Shown: positions 1 through 11,368, numbered from the stretch's first letter. The stretch is 64,000 nt of DNA from an uncultured delta proteobacterium (GCA_963804165.1 CAWDPO010000023.1:64001-128000), one strand, 5' to 3'. Numbers and translations are program-made. Notes: generated by a model not told the origin, from the sequence alone.

Positions 1-982
1 GGGTGAACAAATCATCACTGTAGGCCGCGAAATCGCTGAACGTGAGCCAGTCGTACGATGTACTGTACCGGTGCGAGCCAACAAGGTTCCAGCGGTCTCG
101 CGGAATCGTCTGATCGGCGATGGTTCGGTCCACGACGTCATCCTGCGCGTTGTGCCGCCAACCCTCGTTGAAATAGGAGCTGTTGATGACGAAATCCGAG
201 TCCCGATCGAACTTCGTGCGTAATTCACCGAGGAAACCGTAACGGGCGCGGGTCTCAAGGTCGAATTTCAGGGTGGCATCCGTGCTTTTTGAGAGGGCCC
301 AGAAAAACGGCTGCAAATACCTGAAGCCCTCTTTCGTCGAGTTCCCCAGGGTGGGAAAAAGAAATCCGGTTTGCCGCTCACTTCTGAGAGGAAAAAGGCC
401 GTAGGGCAAGTAGAATACAGGCACGTCCAAAATATAGAAATAGGCATTCTTGACCGTGCCCACCCCGTCGAGCGCCAGATCCATCTGTTCAACCGAAATT
501 TTCCACTCCGGCCGTCCCGACTCACACAGACAGGTTGTAAAAAAGCCATCGTCGACGTGATAGGTTTGACCGCCCAGCTTTTGGAACCGACGCCCCGTCA
601 TACTGATATGCCCGTCCTCAAGGAAGAGGTCGCCGTTTTGAATCTCGCCGGTCTCTTTCTCCAAGTTGAGTTGCATCGAGGCTGCCGACTTGATCTTCCA
701 TTCCGGGTCGTCGACGGACACTTTCCCTTTCGCCTCGACATCCTGGGTTGCGCGATTGACGCGGACCTCTTCGGCTTTGAGAGTCGTTTCGCCGCGCTTG
801 ATCTCCACATTGCCCGTGGCTTCGATTTGGTTTGAGCCGTTTCCCGTAGAAAGCTTGTCCGCCGTCACGTTGATTTGTTCGCCTGAGCCGCCGGCGGTTA
901 CCTGTGCGGCTTGAGCTCGATACGTGAAGCTCAAAATCGCTGTTGCGAGTCCGAGAATGAGAAAACTGTTTTTGAGTCTCAT
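1..982 (-). CDS. lptD: LPS-assembly protein LptD, N-terminal part (runs off window start)
   Basis: Manual translation from ATG 982: signal peptide MRLKNSFLILGLATAIL..., OstA-like region (QINVTADKL, IEATGNVEI), FTTCLCE...PEWKI, DVPVFYLPY, RQTGFLFP motifs; open to base 1, so missing from the ORF track. Confidence 0.9.
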   Translation of the reverse strand, partial: MRLKNSFLILGLATAILSFTYRAQAAQVTAGGSGEQINVTADKLSTGNGSNQIEATGNVEIKRGETTLKAEEVRVNRATQDVEAKGKVSVDDPEWKIKSAASMQLNLEKETGEIQNGDLFLEDGHISMTGRRFQKLGGQTYHVDDGFFTTCLCESGRPEWKISVEQMDLALDGVGTVKNAYFYILDVPVFYLPYGLFPLRSERQTGFLFPTLGNSTKEGFRYLQPFFWALSKSTDATLKFDLETRARYGFLGELRTKFDRDSDFVINSSYFNEGWRHNAQDDVVDRTIADQTIPRDRWNLVGSHRYSTSYDWLTFSDFAAYSDDLFT

Positions 983-994
983 CGGGATTGAAAA

Positions 995-2305
995 CTAGAT
1001 GTGCGAATTCGCGTTGCCGGTCGGCGTGGTCCTCGCGGTGGCAATTTCCTCAAGCATCGGGCGCACTTCACCAAGAAGATAGAGAGAACCTGCCACCACG
1101 ATCATGTCGTCAGCGTGCGCTTCATCGAGCAGCGTGCGCAAGGCAGTCCGAGAGTTTGGAATCACCCGATGGGTAACGGGCTCAAGCATCTTTGCGGGAA
1201 ATTGTTGGGGGTCGGCGCTGCGCTCGATCTCGACCCGCGTGAAAACTACCTCATCCACTGCCTTAGTCACTGCGCGCAACATAATCTCCCATTCCTTGTC
1301 CGCCATGGTCGCGAACAGCAGTCTGATCCGGCGGCCCTGGCGTAAATCGGTCAATTCCTCGACAAGGGCTCTGATGCCTTCAGGGTTGTGGGCGCCGTCT
1401 AGGATAACCATAGGCTGCTCCAACATCACCTCGAGACGTCCGGGCCAGCGGACAGTCTCCAAACCTTGCCGTATCACGCTCTCGCCGATGGCGAAATTTT
1501 CCTGCGCCAATTCGAGAGCCGCCAGTGCCAGCGAAGCATTGGCTCGTTGGTGTCTCCCACGGAGCGCCAATTTCAGGTTTAAAAAATGGCGTTTTATACC
1601 TGTATAATCGAAAAGCCCTTCATTTTTCAAGAAAAAACTGAAATTTGTCCCTAGGGAGTAGGCCGGAGCGTGTCGTTCAAGGGCGATCCGCCCGAGCAAG
1701 GCCGAAACGTCCTGGGAAACCTTGCCACAAACGACGGGGACAGCGGGTTTAATGATCCCGCCCTTTTCGCGCGCGATCGACAACTCGTCCGGGCCTAGAT
1801 AGGCCTCGTGGTCTTTGGATATCGTTGTTATAAGAGAAACCAAGGGGGTGACCATGTTCGTTGCATCGAGCCTTCCGCCCAATCCCACTTCGACAACAGC
1901 GACATCCACTTGGCGGCGCGCAAAATAGATAAACGCCATCACAGTGACAAATTCGAAAAACGTCAACGGCACGTCGGCGGCCACCGTGCGCTGCCATATC
2001 TCATCCGCGAGTAAAACGACTTCATCCTGGCCGATCTCGCCGTCATCGATGCGGATGCGTTCGCTAAATGAAACCAAATGCGGCGAAGTATAAAGTCCGG
2101 TGCGGTAGCCCGCCAGGGACAAGATGCGGTGCAGCATCGCCGCGGTCGAACCCTTGCCATTAGTGCCGGCAATGTGAAAGGAGCGGAACTTATTTTCCGG
2201 ATGGTCGAACAAACCTAGCGCGCGATTCATTCGATCCAGTCGCAGATCGATCATTCCGCCGCGCAAGTTGTAAATTTTTAGGAGGGTGTCGGAATAATTA
2301 TCCAT
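995..2305 (-). CDS. folC: Folylpolyglutamate synthase/dihydrofolate synthase
   Basis: HIAGTNGKGS, YTSPHL, EVGLGGRLDATN, WPGRLE, LDGAHNP motifs. Confidence 0.97.
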   Translation of the reverse strand: MDNYSDTLLKIYNLRGGMIDLRLDRMNRALGLFDHPENKFRSFHIAGTNGKGSTAAMLHRILSLAGYRTGLYTSPHLVSFSERIRIDDGEIGQDEVVLLADEIWQRTVAADVPLTFFEFVTVMAFIYFARRQVDVAVVEVGLGGRLDATNMVTPLVSLITTISKDHEAYLGPDELSIAREKGGIIKPAVPVVCGKVSQDVSALLGRIALERHAPAYSLGTNFSFFLKNEGLFDYTGIKRHFLNLKLALRGRHQRANASLALAALELAQENFAIGESVIRQGLETVRWPGRLEVMLEQPMVILDGAHNPEGIRALVEELTDLRQGRRIRLLFATMADKEWEIMLRAVTKAVDEVVFTRVEIERSADPQQFPAKMLEPVTHRVIPNSRTALRTLLDEAHADDMIVVAGSLYLLGEVRPMLEEIATARTTPTGNANSHI

Positions 2306-2368
2306 GCGGCGCCTGCCGCCATCGCAAGAGCGAGTCGATTGCGGACGGGTGATTCGGTGGGCGGCGTT

Positions 2369-3187
2369 TCAATGCGCTTCTGATCTCACGACTTGCTTGA
2401 TCGCCCTCTTGAGCCGGGCGACAAAAGCTCCCGCCTGCCTGGCCTTGTTGCTGCTACCTTTGGTTTTTTCGATTTTTTCCACCAATGCGCTGCCGACGAC
2501 CGCGGCGTCTGCGAAGCCGGCGATCCACGCGGCCTGTTCGGGTGTCGAGATGCCGAAGCCGACACCGACCGGAAGAGAAGTCGCTTGACGCACGCGGGCT
2601 ACCTGCCCGCGCAGTGTATCGTCGAAGGAGCGCCGCGCGCCGGTTACGCCGGTCACCGAAACATAGTAAACGAAACCCCGGCTGGCGCGCCCGACTAATT
2701 CGACGCGGTCCACGCCGCTGGTCGGCGACAGCAGAAAAATCAAGTCCAATCCAGCACTGTCGGTCCAGCGTTTCAGCTCGCCACTTTCTTCCGGCGGTAG
2801 ATCGACGCACAGCACGCCGTCCGCACCCGATGTCGCGGCTTGGCACGCAAATTTTTCCAAACCGAAGCAAAAAAGCGGGTTGAAGTAACCGAACAAAACT
2901 ACGGGCACTTCCGAAGACTCGCGAAATTTACGCAGCAATCGAAAGATAGCGGGTAACGACACCGGTCGCTTGAGCGCGCGCTCGGACGAGCGTTGAATCG
3001 TTGGCCCGTCGGCCGTCGGATCCGAGAAGGGTATGCCGAGCTCGATACAATCAGCGCCACCCTGGTCGAGGGCTCGCATGATTTTGAGAGTCGTCTCGAG
3101 ATCGGGATCCCCCGCGGTAATAAATGGAATCAGCGCCGCTTCACCGCGTTTTTTCAATTCAGCAAAGGTTTTTTCAATTCGGCTCAT
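2369..3187 (-). CDS. trpA: Tryptophan synthase alpha chain
   Basis: IPFITAGDP, ELGIPFSDPTADGPTIQ, YYVSVTGVTG, GFGIS; start set at MSRIEK ATG. Confidence 0.97.
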   Translation of the reverse strand: MSRIEKTFAELKKRGEAALIPFITAGDPDLETTLKIMRALDQGGADCIELGIPFSDPTADGPTIQRSSERALKRPVSLPAIFRLLRKFRESSEVPVVLFGYFNPLFCFGLEKFACQAATSGADGVLCVDLPPEESGELKRWTDSAGLDLIFLLSPTSGVDRVELVGRASRGFVYYVSVTGVTGARRSFDDTLRGQVARVRQATSLPVGVGFGISTPEQAAWIAGFADAAVVGSALVEKIEKTKGSSNKARQAGAFVARLKRAIKQVVRSEAH

Positions 3188-3200
3188 GGACTGCGATCTG

Positions 3201-3289
3201 TTCAAGGTTCAAAGTTCAAGGTTGTCAAAGAGCGGACAAAATTTGAGATATTGCCTTGCGGTTTTTAACCTTGAACGTTGAACTTTGAA
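3201..3289. repeat. Inverted repeat made of TTCAA(A/G)G heptamer tandem units between trpB and trpA
   Basis: Left arm ttcaagg-ttcaaag-ttcaagg-tt (3201-3223), right arm aa-ccttgaa-cgttgaa-ctttgaa (3267-3289); 21/23 complementary. Confidence 0.85.
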
Positions 3290-3295
3290 GCGTCT

Positions 3296-4480
3296 TTAGA
3301 GTTTCACTCCGAGATAATCGCCGACAGTCAGCATGTCCTTGTCACCTCGACCGGAAAGGTTGACGATGACCACCTGGCGTTTGCTTAAGCGGCGCGCCAG
3401 CTTTGTCACCGCGGCGATCGCGTGGGCGCTTTCGAGCGCCGGAATAATTCCTTCAATCTCCGCGAGCAACTTGACTGCATCGATGGCTTCCTGATCCGTC
3501 GCCGAGTCGAATTCCGCTCTGCCGGAATCGCGCAGGTAGCTCAGCTCCGGGCCCACACCCGGATAATCGAGCCCTGCCGCGATCGAATGCGTTTCCGTAA
3601 TCTGTCCCCGTTCATTCTGCAACACGTAACTCTTGCTACCGTGCAGCACACCGACCGTCCCGCCCTGGATCGACGCCGAATGTTTGCCCGAACGAAGGCC
3701 GTGGCCAGCCGCCTCGACACCGAGCATTTTGACGGTGGGGTCGCGCACGAAGGGATAAAAAAGTCCCATCGAATTGCTGCCGCCGCCGACGCAAGCAACG
3801 AGGTAGTCCGGCAGCCTTCCCTCTTTTTTGAGAATCTGGCGACGCGCTTCACGCCCGATGACCGATTGAAAGTCGCGCACCATCGTCGGATAGGGATGGG
3901 GGCCCGCCACCGAGCCAATGAGATAATACGTGCTGCGCACGTTGGTCACCCAATCGCGCAGCGCTTCGTTCATGGCGTCTTTGAGCGTCCGGCTGCCCGC
4001 TTCCACGACACGAACCCTTGCGCCGAGAAGCTTCATGCGAAAAACATTCAACGACTGGCGCTGCACGTCCTCGCTTCCCATGAATATTTCACACTGCAGA
4101 CCGAAGCGCGCGGCCACGGTCGCCGTCGCGACGCCGTGCTGGCCTGCGCCGGTCTCGGCGATGATGCGTTGCTTGCGCATCCTGCGGGCGAGCAGGATCT
4201 GGCCGATCGTGTTGTTGATCTTGTGCGCGCCGGTGTGGCACAAGTCTTCACGCTTAAGATAGATTTTTGCGCCGCCGACTTTCTCGGTTAGCCGTTCGGC
4301 AAAATAAAGCGGCGTTTCGCGACCGGCGTAGTCGTGCAAATAGAACTGAAGTTCCTTCCGAAACGCGCTGTCCCGCCGCACTCTGGCATACGCGTGTTCC
4401 AATTCGGTGAGCGCCGGCATTAGCGTCTCGGCGACGTACCGGCCGCCAAAGGGACCGAAATGGCCGTGCCGGTCAGGCAC
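3296..4480 (-). CDS. trpB: Tryptophan synthase beta chain
   Basis: [26 protein letters not shown] (PLP lysine), [18 protein letters not shown]; start probably GTG 4480 overlapping trpF stop (alternative ATG 4516). Confidence 0.97.
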   Translation of the reverse strand: MPDRHGHFGPFGGRYVAETLMPALTELEHAYARVRRDSAFRKELQFYLHDYAGRETPLYFAERLTEKVGGAKIYLKREDLCHTGAHKINNTIGQILLARRMRKQRIIAETGAGQHGVATATVAARFGLQCEIFMGSEDVQRQSLNVFRMKLLGARVRVVEAGSRTLKDAMNEALRDWVTNVRSTYYLIGSVAGPHPYPTMVRDFQSVIGREARRQILKKEGRLPDYLVACVGGGSNSMGLFYPFVRDPTVKMLGVEAAGHGLRSGKHSASIQGGTVGVLHGSKSYVLQNERGQITETHSIAAGLDYPGVGPELSYLRDSGRAEFDSATDQEAIDAVKLLAEIEGIIPALESAHAIAAVTKLARRLSKRQVVIVNLSGRGDKDMLTVGDYLGVKL

Positions 4481-5102
4481 TTTTAGCAGCAGAGATAAAT
4501 TCTTCGAGTTTGCCATGATCTTTGATACCCGGACGAGCTTCCACACCGCTACAAACATCGACACCATAGGGCTTGATTCGGACAATCGCTTCAGCAACAT
4601 TCTCGACCCGAAGTCCGCCCGAAAGGATCAGCTTGCTCGCGTCGAACCCCTCAAGCCACTCCCACGGAAACGCCGTCCCCGAGCCGCCATATCCCGCCGA
4701 CCACGAGTCGAGCAAACAAAAATCCGCAGGAAAACCGCTCATGCCGGTGAGAGCCGCCTTGTCTTTCAGGCGAACCGCTTTGATCACTTTCATGCCCCAT
4801 CCGCGGCAAAATTCTTCGTTCTCTTCACCGTGGAACTGCAATCCACGGTAAGCTGGCCGGCCATTCGCCAATTGTCCAGCGTCAATCACTGCGCTGACTT
4901 TTGCTCTGGACTCGTTCACGAACAACGCCACATTGAAAGATTCGGCTGGCAATTGCGCGAGAATTTCGCGCGCCTCTGCCGGCGCAATGGCACGCGGACT
5001 CGGCGCATAAAAATTAAATCCAAGCATGTCGGCGCCGAGTTCCAGCGACTTTTCCGCGTCGGCCAAATTGGTAATTCCGCAAACTTTAACTTTCACAGCC
5101 AT
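4473..5102 (-). CDS. trpF: Phosphoribosylanthranilate isomerase
   Basis: [42 protein letters not shown]. Confidence 0.95.
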   Translation of the reverse strand: MAVKVKVCGITNLADAEKSLELGADMLGFNFYAPSPRAIAPAEAREILAQLPAESFNVALFVNESRAKVSAVIDAGQLANGRPAYRGLQFHGEENEEFCRGWGMKVIKAVRLKDKAALTGMSGFPADFCLLDSWSAGYGGSGTAFPWEWLEGFDASKLILSGGLRVENVAEAIVRIKPYGVDVCSGVEARPGIKDHGKLEEFISAAKSA

Positions 5103-5152
5103 GAGTAATCAGTGGCGAGGCAGAGCCGACCCCAGGATTCCGTCCTCGCGCC

Positions 5153-5933
5153 TCAATCCTTCAACAACTCGGCCAACTTATTTCCCGGCGCCGGCGCGCG
5201 CATGAGCGACTCGCCGATCAAAAAGACATGAACGCCCAACTTTTCCACGACGACGGATCGGCGCCACGCCGTCGATGCCGCTCTCGCAGACGACCGGCGT
5301 GCCGGACGGCACGAGCGGCGCCAGTCGCTCCGTCGTGGATAGATCCACCTCAAACGTTTTGAGATCTCGATTGTTAATGCCGATCATTTGCGCGCCTGCC
5401 GCGATAGCGGATTCTAATTCAGTTTCCGTGTGCACCTCGACCAAGGCGTCCAACGACAGCGCGCTGGCCTGCTCACGCAGGTCACGCATCAACCCGGGAT
5501 CGAGCATCGCTGCGATGAACAGCACCGCGTCGGCGCCATAGCTCTTCGCTTCGACGATCTGGTACGGGTCGAGCATGAAATCTTTGCGCAGGAGCGGCAG
5601 GCTGACCGCGTCGCGGATCTGCTCCAGATGAGCCAAACTGCCCTGAAAAAAGCGTTCCTCGGTTAATACTGAAATGGCACTGGCGCCATGCGCGGCGTAG
5701 TCTTTCGCGATGGTCACGGCGTCAAAGTCGGCACGAATAAGCCCCTTTGACGGTGACGCTTTTTTCACTTCGGCGATAATTCGCCGCGTGTCTCCCGCTA
5801 AACCTCGCACGAAACCCCGGGTCGACACATGGAATAGCGGCCGGTCGTGCAGGACCTCAATTGGCGTCTCGCGCCGCCGGCCCTCGACGACTCCCCGCAC
5901 ATGCTCGGCAATAGTTGCGAGAATTTCAGCCAT
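5153..5933 (-). CDS. trpC: Indole-3-glycerol phosphate synthase (one apparent frameshift near 5250)
   Basis: IAEVKKASPSKG, LLRKDF, GINNRDL, ESGI; C-terminal FLIGESLMR continues in ORF 5153..5353. Confidence 0.92.
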
Positions 5934-5939
5934 CGGAGG

Positions 5940-6960
5940 CTACGCGGCGTTGGTCATCTCGACCAACTGATTCAGCTTTTGGCGCGCTTTTCCGGAATCG
6001 ATGGATTCGGCCGCGAGCCCGATGCCGTCCTGGATCGTCGCGGCCTCGCCACTGATGTAAAGCGCCGCACCACTATTGAGCAAAACCACATCTCGGGCGG
6101 CACCCTTCTTGCCTTCCAACACGCCCGTGACAATCGCCGCGCTTAGATCCGGGTTACCACCGTGCAATTCTTCCAGACGGCAACGTTTGAACCCAAATAG
6201 CTCCGGTTCGATGGCATACTCTTTGACTTCGCCATCGCGTAGTTCGGCGACTTTGTCGGACCGCAAAGCGAGATTTCGTCAAGCCCCTCTAAACCATGGA
6301 CGACCAGCGCTCGCGCGCTGCCGAGATTTTTGAGCACGTGAGGCGATCATCGCCACCATCTCGCCATTGTATATGCCGATCAATTGATGGGTCGCCATCG
6401 CCGGATTGGTGAGCGGACCCAAAATATTGAAGATCGTGCGAATGCCAATATCGCGGCGCGGCTGCACCGCATACTTCATCGCCTCATGGAGCATCGGGGC
6501 GAACAGAAAGCCAATACCGATTTTGGCAATGCATTGCTCAACACACGTTCCTTCGGCGCGTCGACTTTGACGCCTAACGCGCCCAAGACATCGGCGCTGC
6601 CCGACTGGCTGGAAACCGAGCGATTGCCATGTTTGGCGACGTTGATGCCGGCGCCGGCCAGAACCAACGCCGTTGTCGTCGATATATTGAACGTGCCTTT
6701 CTGATCGCCGCCCGTGCCGCAGGTATCGAGCACGGTTTTTGCGGCGACGTTGCACCCGATGGGCCTTTTCGCGCATCACGCGCGCCGCGCCGGTGATCTC
6801 CTCGACGGTTTCGCCCTTCATGCGCAACGCTGTAAGAAACGCGGCGACTTGCAACGGCGACGCTTCACCGGTCATGATCTGGTTCATCACGTCGATCGTT
6901 TCCGCTTCGGAAAGATCGACGCGATTGACCATTTTTTCGATTGCTTCGCGAATACTCATG
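5940..6960 (-). CDS. trpD: Anthranilate phosphoribosyltransferase (about four apparent frameshifts)
   Basis: Pieces in different frames: [11 protein letters not shown]; [30 protein letters not shown]; [13 protein letters not shown]; [12 protein letters not shown]; [10 protein letters not shown]; breaks near 6750, 6545, 6340 and 6250. Confidence 0.9.
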
Positions 6961-6975
6961 CTGATTGCCGCCGGC

Positions 6976-7690
6976 TCATTTGGTGGCCGCAAATGCTTTT
7001 GGATAATTTTCCTTGGTCCTCAATACGTCGACAATCTTGTCCGCTTCTTCGCGCGAGCCGTACTTACCGACGTTGACTCGAAACCAGGTTTTCCCCTTAT
7101 TCTGGACATCCGTGACATAGGCGTTGTAGCCCTTAATCTTGAGCCGATCAACTATCAGTTTCGCCGATCGTTCGTCCGGGATAAGCGTTGACCTGCGCGC
7201 GCCAGATTTTGTCGGAGTCCTTCTGCCTCAGTTACTGACCGTTTCGACCTTTTTCGCCGTATCCACCGCCGGCGCTGTCTTTTCGACTTTCTTTTCAGCG
7301 GTCTTGCTCAGGCGTGTCGGTGTTGGCGAGCGCTGCCTTTTCTTTGACGTCTGCCTTGACGATTTTCTCTAAAGGCGCACCTTTTGGCTCTTTCTTCGGC
7401 GGCGACTGCCCCGTCGCTCGCTTTGGTCGCGGATTCATTAAAGGTGATCTCGTCTTGGTGGTGTTGGTGTTGCTGGGGTGCCGCTGGTTTCCTTCGGCGA
7501 CTGGTTTGACCGGGATCTTGACCAACGGTTCTTCTTCTTGAGCGACTTTCTTTCCTCGATAGCCCTGGCCGACAAAAATCCCGAGAAAAAATATGAGGAT
7601 TGAACCAAACGTGAATGCCACGCCAAGCAAAACTAATTGGCCGCGGCTAAAGTAGAAGCGATTTTCTTTGCCCCTGCGATTTTCCGCCAT
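6976..7690 (-). CDS. SPOR-domain (FtsN/DedD-like) membrane-anchored cell division protein, frameshifted
   Basis: N-terminal TM helix (QLVLLGVAFTFGSILIFFLGIFVG), K/P/E-rich linker, C-terminal ...GKYGSREEADKIVDVLRTKENYPKAF; downstream of argS as is common. Confidence 0.75.
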
Positions 7691-7749
7691 GAAACTATTT
7701 CCTCGCGCCGCGTCGGGCGGACTCTTAACTTTCCGCATCCGCCCGGGCA

Positions 7750-9406
7750 GTCATTTTCAGAGGCGCTTGACACCCAAGATCTCCAGCCCGCAGCGAACGG
7801 TCTTCTGAACGTTTTCGATCAACAACAACCGTGCCCGGCTCAAATCAGTGTCTTCCGAGATGACGCGGATGACGGTTGTAGTAGCGATGAAATTCACCGG
7901 CCAAATCCAACAGATAAAAAACCAAACGATGGGGCTCGAGCTCGCGCACACTCTCTTCCAAGACGTCATTGAATTGGGTCATCTTGCGAATCAACTCAAG
8001 CTCTTCGGCCAACTCTAACCGTTCCACCGAAACGCGCCACGGTCGCCGAGCTCCATGCCGCTTTTGCTCGCTTGTTCAAAGATACTCGCGACTCGAGCGT
8101 GCGCGTACTGGACATAAAATACCGGATTATCGCTCGACTGTTTCTTGGCAAGATCCAAATCGAAGTCGAGATGACTGTCCGATTTGCGCATCAGAAAAAA
8201 AAACCGCGCCGCGTCGCGTCCCACCTCTTCCAAAACATCCTCGAGGGCGACGAACTCGCCCGTGCGCTTGCCCATGCGCACCGGCTCGCCGCCGCGCGTG
8301 AGCTGAACCATCTGCACCAGCACAACCTGCAAAAAGCTGGAGTCGTAGCCGAGCCCTTGAATTGCCGCTTTCAAACGCGGCACATAGCCATGATGATCCG
8401 CGCCCCAAACATTAATCAGTTTTTGAAAATGCCGCTCGAACTTGTTCCGGTGGTATGCGATATCGGCGGCGAAGTAAGTGAGCTCGCCGTCGCTTTTGAT
8501 GACCGCGCGATCCTTGTCGTCGCCAAACTGCGTCGATCTGTACCACTCGGCGCCCTCCTGCGAATAGAGCAACCCGCGCGTGCGCAATTCGTCCATCGCG
8601 CGATCGACCTCGCTGCGCCCACGCATGACCTTTTCGCTGAAGTAGGAATCGAATTCAATACCAAAATTCTTCAGCTGCGCGCGGATCGTGTTCAGTAAAG
8701 CATCACCGCCATACTCTTGAAAAAATCCTACCGCCGTTTCTTTCGGCTCGTGTAAGAATTTGTCGCCATGTTTTTGCTTCACCTCAGCGGCGATCTCGGT
8801 TACGTAATCGCCCGGATAACCGCCTTCGGGAAAATCAACTTTCTCACCGAACAATTCGCGGTAGCGCGCCATGATGGAAAGCCCGAGATTTTCCATCTGA
8901 TTGCCGGCGTCGTTGACGTAATATTCACGCTCGACGTTAAACCCCGTCGCCTCATGCAAGCGCGCCAGCACGTCGCCGATGACCGCCACTCGGCCGTGAC
9001 CGACGTGCAACGGGCCGGTGGGATTGACGCTGGCGAATTCGACCTGGACGCGCTCACCCTGTCCGAGATCGAGTCGCGCATGATTTCCGACCGCGAGCTC
9101 ACGCAGTCGAGCGTAATAGAATTTCGGCGCGAAGGTGAAATTTAAAAATCCCGGACCCGCGATTTCCTTGCGCGCCAGAATCCCGTCTGGATCCTCGATG
9201 TTTTTGAGAATCGCTTCCGCGATCGCCCGCGGCGGTTTTTTCGCGTTCTTCGCCCACAGCATGGCGAAGTTCGTCGCCAGGTCACCGAACTCGCGTTGCT
9301 TCGGCGGCTCAAGAAGCAGAGGGGGGAGCCCTGATGGATCGAGCGCTCCCCCCTCTGCCGTCTTCTCGACGGCTCGGGTCAGAAGTTCCCTAAGATGACT
9401 GCGCAT
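7750..9406 (-). CDS. argS: Arginine--tRNA ligase (about three apparent frameshifts in 3' part; exact stop uncertain)
   Basis: VEFASVNPTGPLHVGHGR (HIGH motif), WGADHHGY, MGKRTG, NPVFYVQYAHAR; anticodon-binding domain continues in ORFs 7845..8027 and 7757..7969. Confidence 0.93.
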
Positions 9407-9504
9407 TTCTTCCTAGAATCAGTTTCTTCTGCTCCGGCGCGTCGACACTTCAACACCAGCACTTTCATGGGCGATTTTTGGTAAATTACCGCTATTTCAG
9501 CAAT

Positions 9505-9777
9505 TTAACGTAATGATTTCGTATGCGCAAACCGACGAGGCAGGCGCTCACTCAAATCCGTAATGTGACCACTAATCGTGCCATTCATTTCTTGATCTGG
9601 TTGAACCGACGGTGCTTCAAACATTCCACCGTAATACACTGGTCCAACGACGGGAACGAGCAGGATCAATGTCCATACCATCTTGCGGATTTTTGATGCG
9701 CGACTACGCCAGAGGTTCACCACGCACCAGAGGGCTATCGCTTCCGACGCCGCAGCGATAACGATAAGTAAAGTCAT
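9505..9777 (-). CDS. Small membrane protein, PLDc N-terminal-like (two TM segments)
   Basis: K..WTLILLVPVVGPVYY pattern resembles the PLD nuclease N-terminal domain; AGGA upstream of ATG. Confidence 0.5.
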   Translation of the reverse strand: MTLLIVIAAASEAIALWCVVNLWRSRASKIRKMVWTLILLVPVVGPVYYGGMFEAPSVQPDQEMNGTISGHITDLSERLPRRFAHTKSLR

Positions 9778-9937
9778 CCTGCTTTGGTCGGCCTCAGCAA
9801 CCGCCGAATCTCCGGCGGAAACTTATGCCGAGGCGAATGTCCATTTAACGCCAAAGTGCGGCAGCGTTGGAACTTCTCGCGCGGCCCGGATATCGCCGGG
9901 ATCACAAAAGCTTTTATTGGGCCCAGGATCAAATCGG

Positions 9938-10480
9938 CTATCGCAAGGACAAGAACTTCGCGGGAACCATCTCGACAAGGTACAATGGACCGGAGGCGAA
10001 GAATCGAATCCCTTCGCCATGCGCCGACTGCGCGTCCACGATGAGAATAGCCGGCGCGGGATCATGCCGCCGAGCAACTGACTCGGCTTCCTCGGCGGAG
10101 ACACTCAAGTGAACGTATTGCCGGTCGCGCGGCTTGAGGCCGTTGCGCAGCATCGACTCCGCCAGGTCGCGCGCCGCCCCATAGTAAAGTTGGTCGGGAG
10201 GTTGCGCCGTCTCGTCGCCGAGCTCGACGGGGAACGAATGACCGTACGTGGCGCGCACTTTATTATCGCCTTGCAGTTCGAATCGCTGCTTTTTCGAGTC
10301 GGCGACGACAGCGCGGATGTCATCCTCGGTGACGTCATAGAAGCGCTCTTGCACCAGCTCAACTACGTCGGGCCAATCGACGAACCCGGACTTATCGAAC
10401 ACCAGCGGATACTCCTTGGGCCGATGGCGCAAAAGATAGGTGAGAAACCGGGAAATGCGTTCCGGCGGCAGTCCTGCCAT
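9938..10480 (-). CDS. kptA: RNA 2'-phosphotransferase, KptA/Tpt1 family
   Basis: SRFLTYLLRH, KQRF, VRATYGHS, GLKPRDRQYVHLS, VPAKFL. Confidence 0.9.
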   Translation of the reverse strand: MAGLPPERISRFLTYLLRHRPKEYPLVFDKSGFVDWPDVVELVQERFYDVTEDDIRAVVADSKKQRFELQGDNKVRATYGHSFPVELGDETAQPPDQLYYGAARDLAESMLRNGLKPRDRQYVHLSVSAEEAESVARRHDPAPAILIVDAQSAHGEGIRFFASGPLYLVEMVPAKFLSLR

Positions 10481-10483
10481 ACG

Positions 10484-11368
10484 TCAAACACCCCGCGTCC
10501 GCCCGGTGATCACGTCGTACACGTTGCACGCGATGCCGGTGGCTTCGTAACCGTCCATGCCGGTCGCCTGGGCGATTGAAAACATCTGATACGCCAGGGC
10601 GACGAAAGGCATCGGCACTTCCATCTCGCGCGCCATGTCCAATCCGAAGCCGACGTCTTTGGGCATCCACGATTTGCGCGGCTTATATTTACGGCTGACG
10701 ACAATTTCCATAATGCGGTCGATGGCGACGGAATCCTGCTGCGAGTTTTTCAGGATCGTGCGAAAGGTATCTTCGGTCAAGCCGCCTTTTTTAAGCCAGG
10801 AGCAAATCTCCGCCAGAGTCAAATGAGTCACCGCGGCGAACATCGCCATGGCGTTTTTCACCAGCTTGGCGTTGCCTAACTCACCGACGTAGAGCACCTT
10901 GTTTCCCATGGCATTGAACACGGTCTGATACTCGTCGAAGACTGCTTTCGATCCCGAAAGCCAGAGGGACAACGTCCCGGCCGCCGCCGCTTCTTCAACT
11001 CCGCCCGCCGAGCCATCGACGACGGTCCAGCCTTTTTTTGAAAGCTCGGCATTGACGCCGACGATCGTTTTCTTATCGATGCTGCTGAAATCGATCCAGA
11101 GCTTCGCGCCGCTCGCGGCCTCTTGTAAACCGTTTGGACCGAGACCGACCGTCCGCACCGCTTCATTGTACGGCAGCATCGAGAGCACGATCTCACAGGA
11201 CTCGGCCACTGCTTTCGGCGATTCCTTGAAAACCGCGCCCTGATTTTCGAGCCCCTTTGACTGCTCGCGGCGCAAATCGTTGACGACCAATTTGTTTCCT
11301 GCCTTAATCAAGTTGGCCGCCATGCCGCTGCCCATGCCGCCGGTGCCGATGAATCCTAAAGTTTTCAT
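10484..11368 (-). CDS. NAD(P)-dependent oxidoreductase, 3-hydroxyisobutyrate dehydrogenase family
   Basis: GFIGTGGMGSGMAANL Rossmann motif, AAAAGTL, catalytic-lysine region AKLVKN, KDVGF. Confidence 0.88.
   Translation of the reverse strand: MKTLGFIGTGGMGSGMAANLIKAGNKLVVNDLRREQSKGLENQGAVFKESPKAVAESCEIVLSMLPYNEAVRTVGLGPNGLQEAASGAKLWIDFSSIDKKTIVGVNAELSKKGWTVVDGSAGGVEEAAAAGTLSLWLSGSKAVFDEYQTVFNAMGNKVLYVGELGNAKLVKNAMAMFAAVTHLTLAEICSWLKKGGLTEDTFRTILKNSQQDSVAIDRIMEIVVSRKYKPRKSWMPKDVGFGLDMAREMEVPMPFVALAYQMFSIAQATGMDGYEATGIACNVYDVITGRTRGV

Noticed and set aside
2306-2368. Missing accD between trpA and folC, and no trpE/trpG in the trp cluster
   Set aside because: Gene-order variation is common and these genes may lie elsewhere; cannot be judged from this window
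9788-9830. Minus-strand hairpin upstream of the small membrane protein as a riboswitch
   Set aside because: Single stem-loop with no recognisable aptamer consensus; could be a terminator or REP-like remnant
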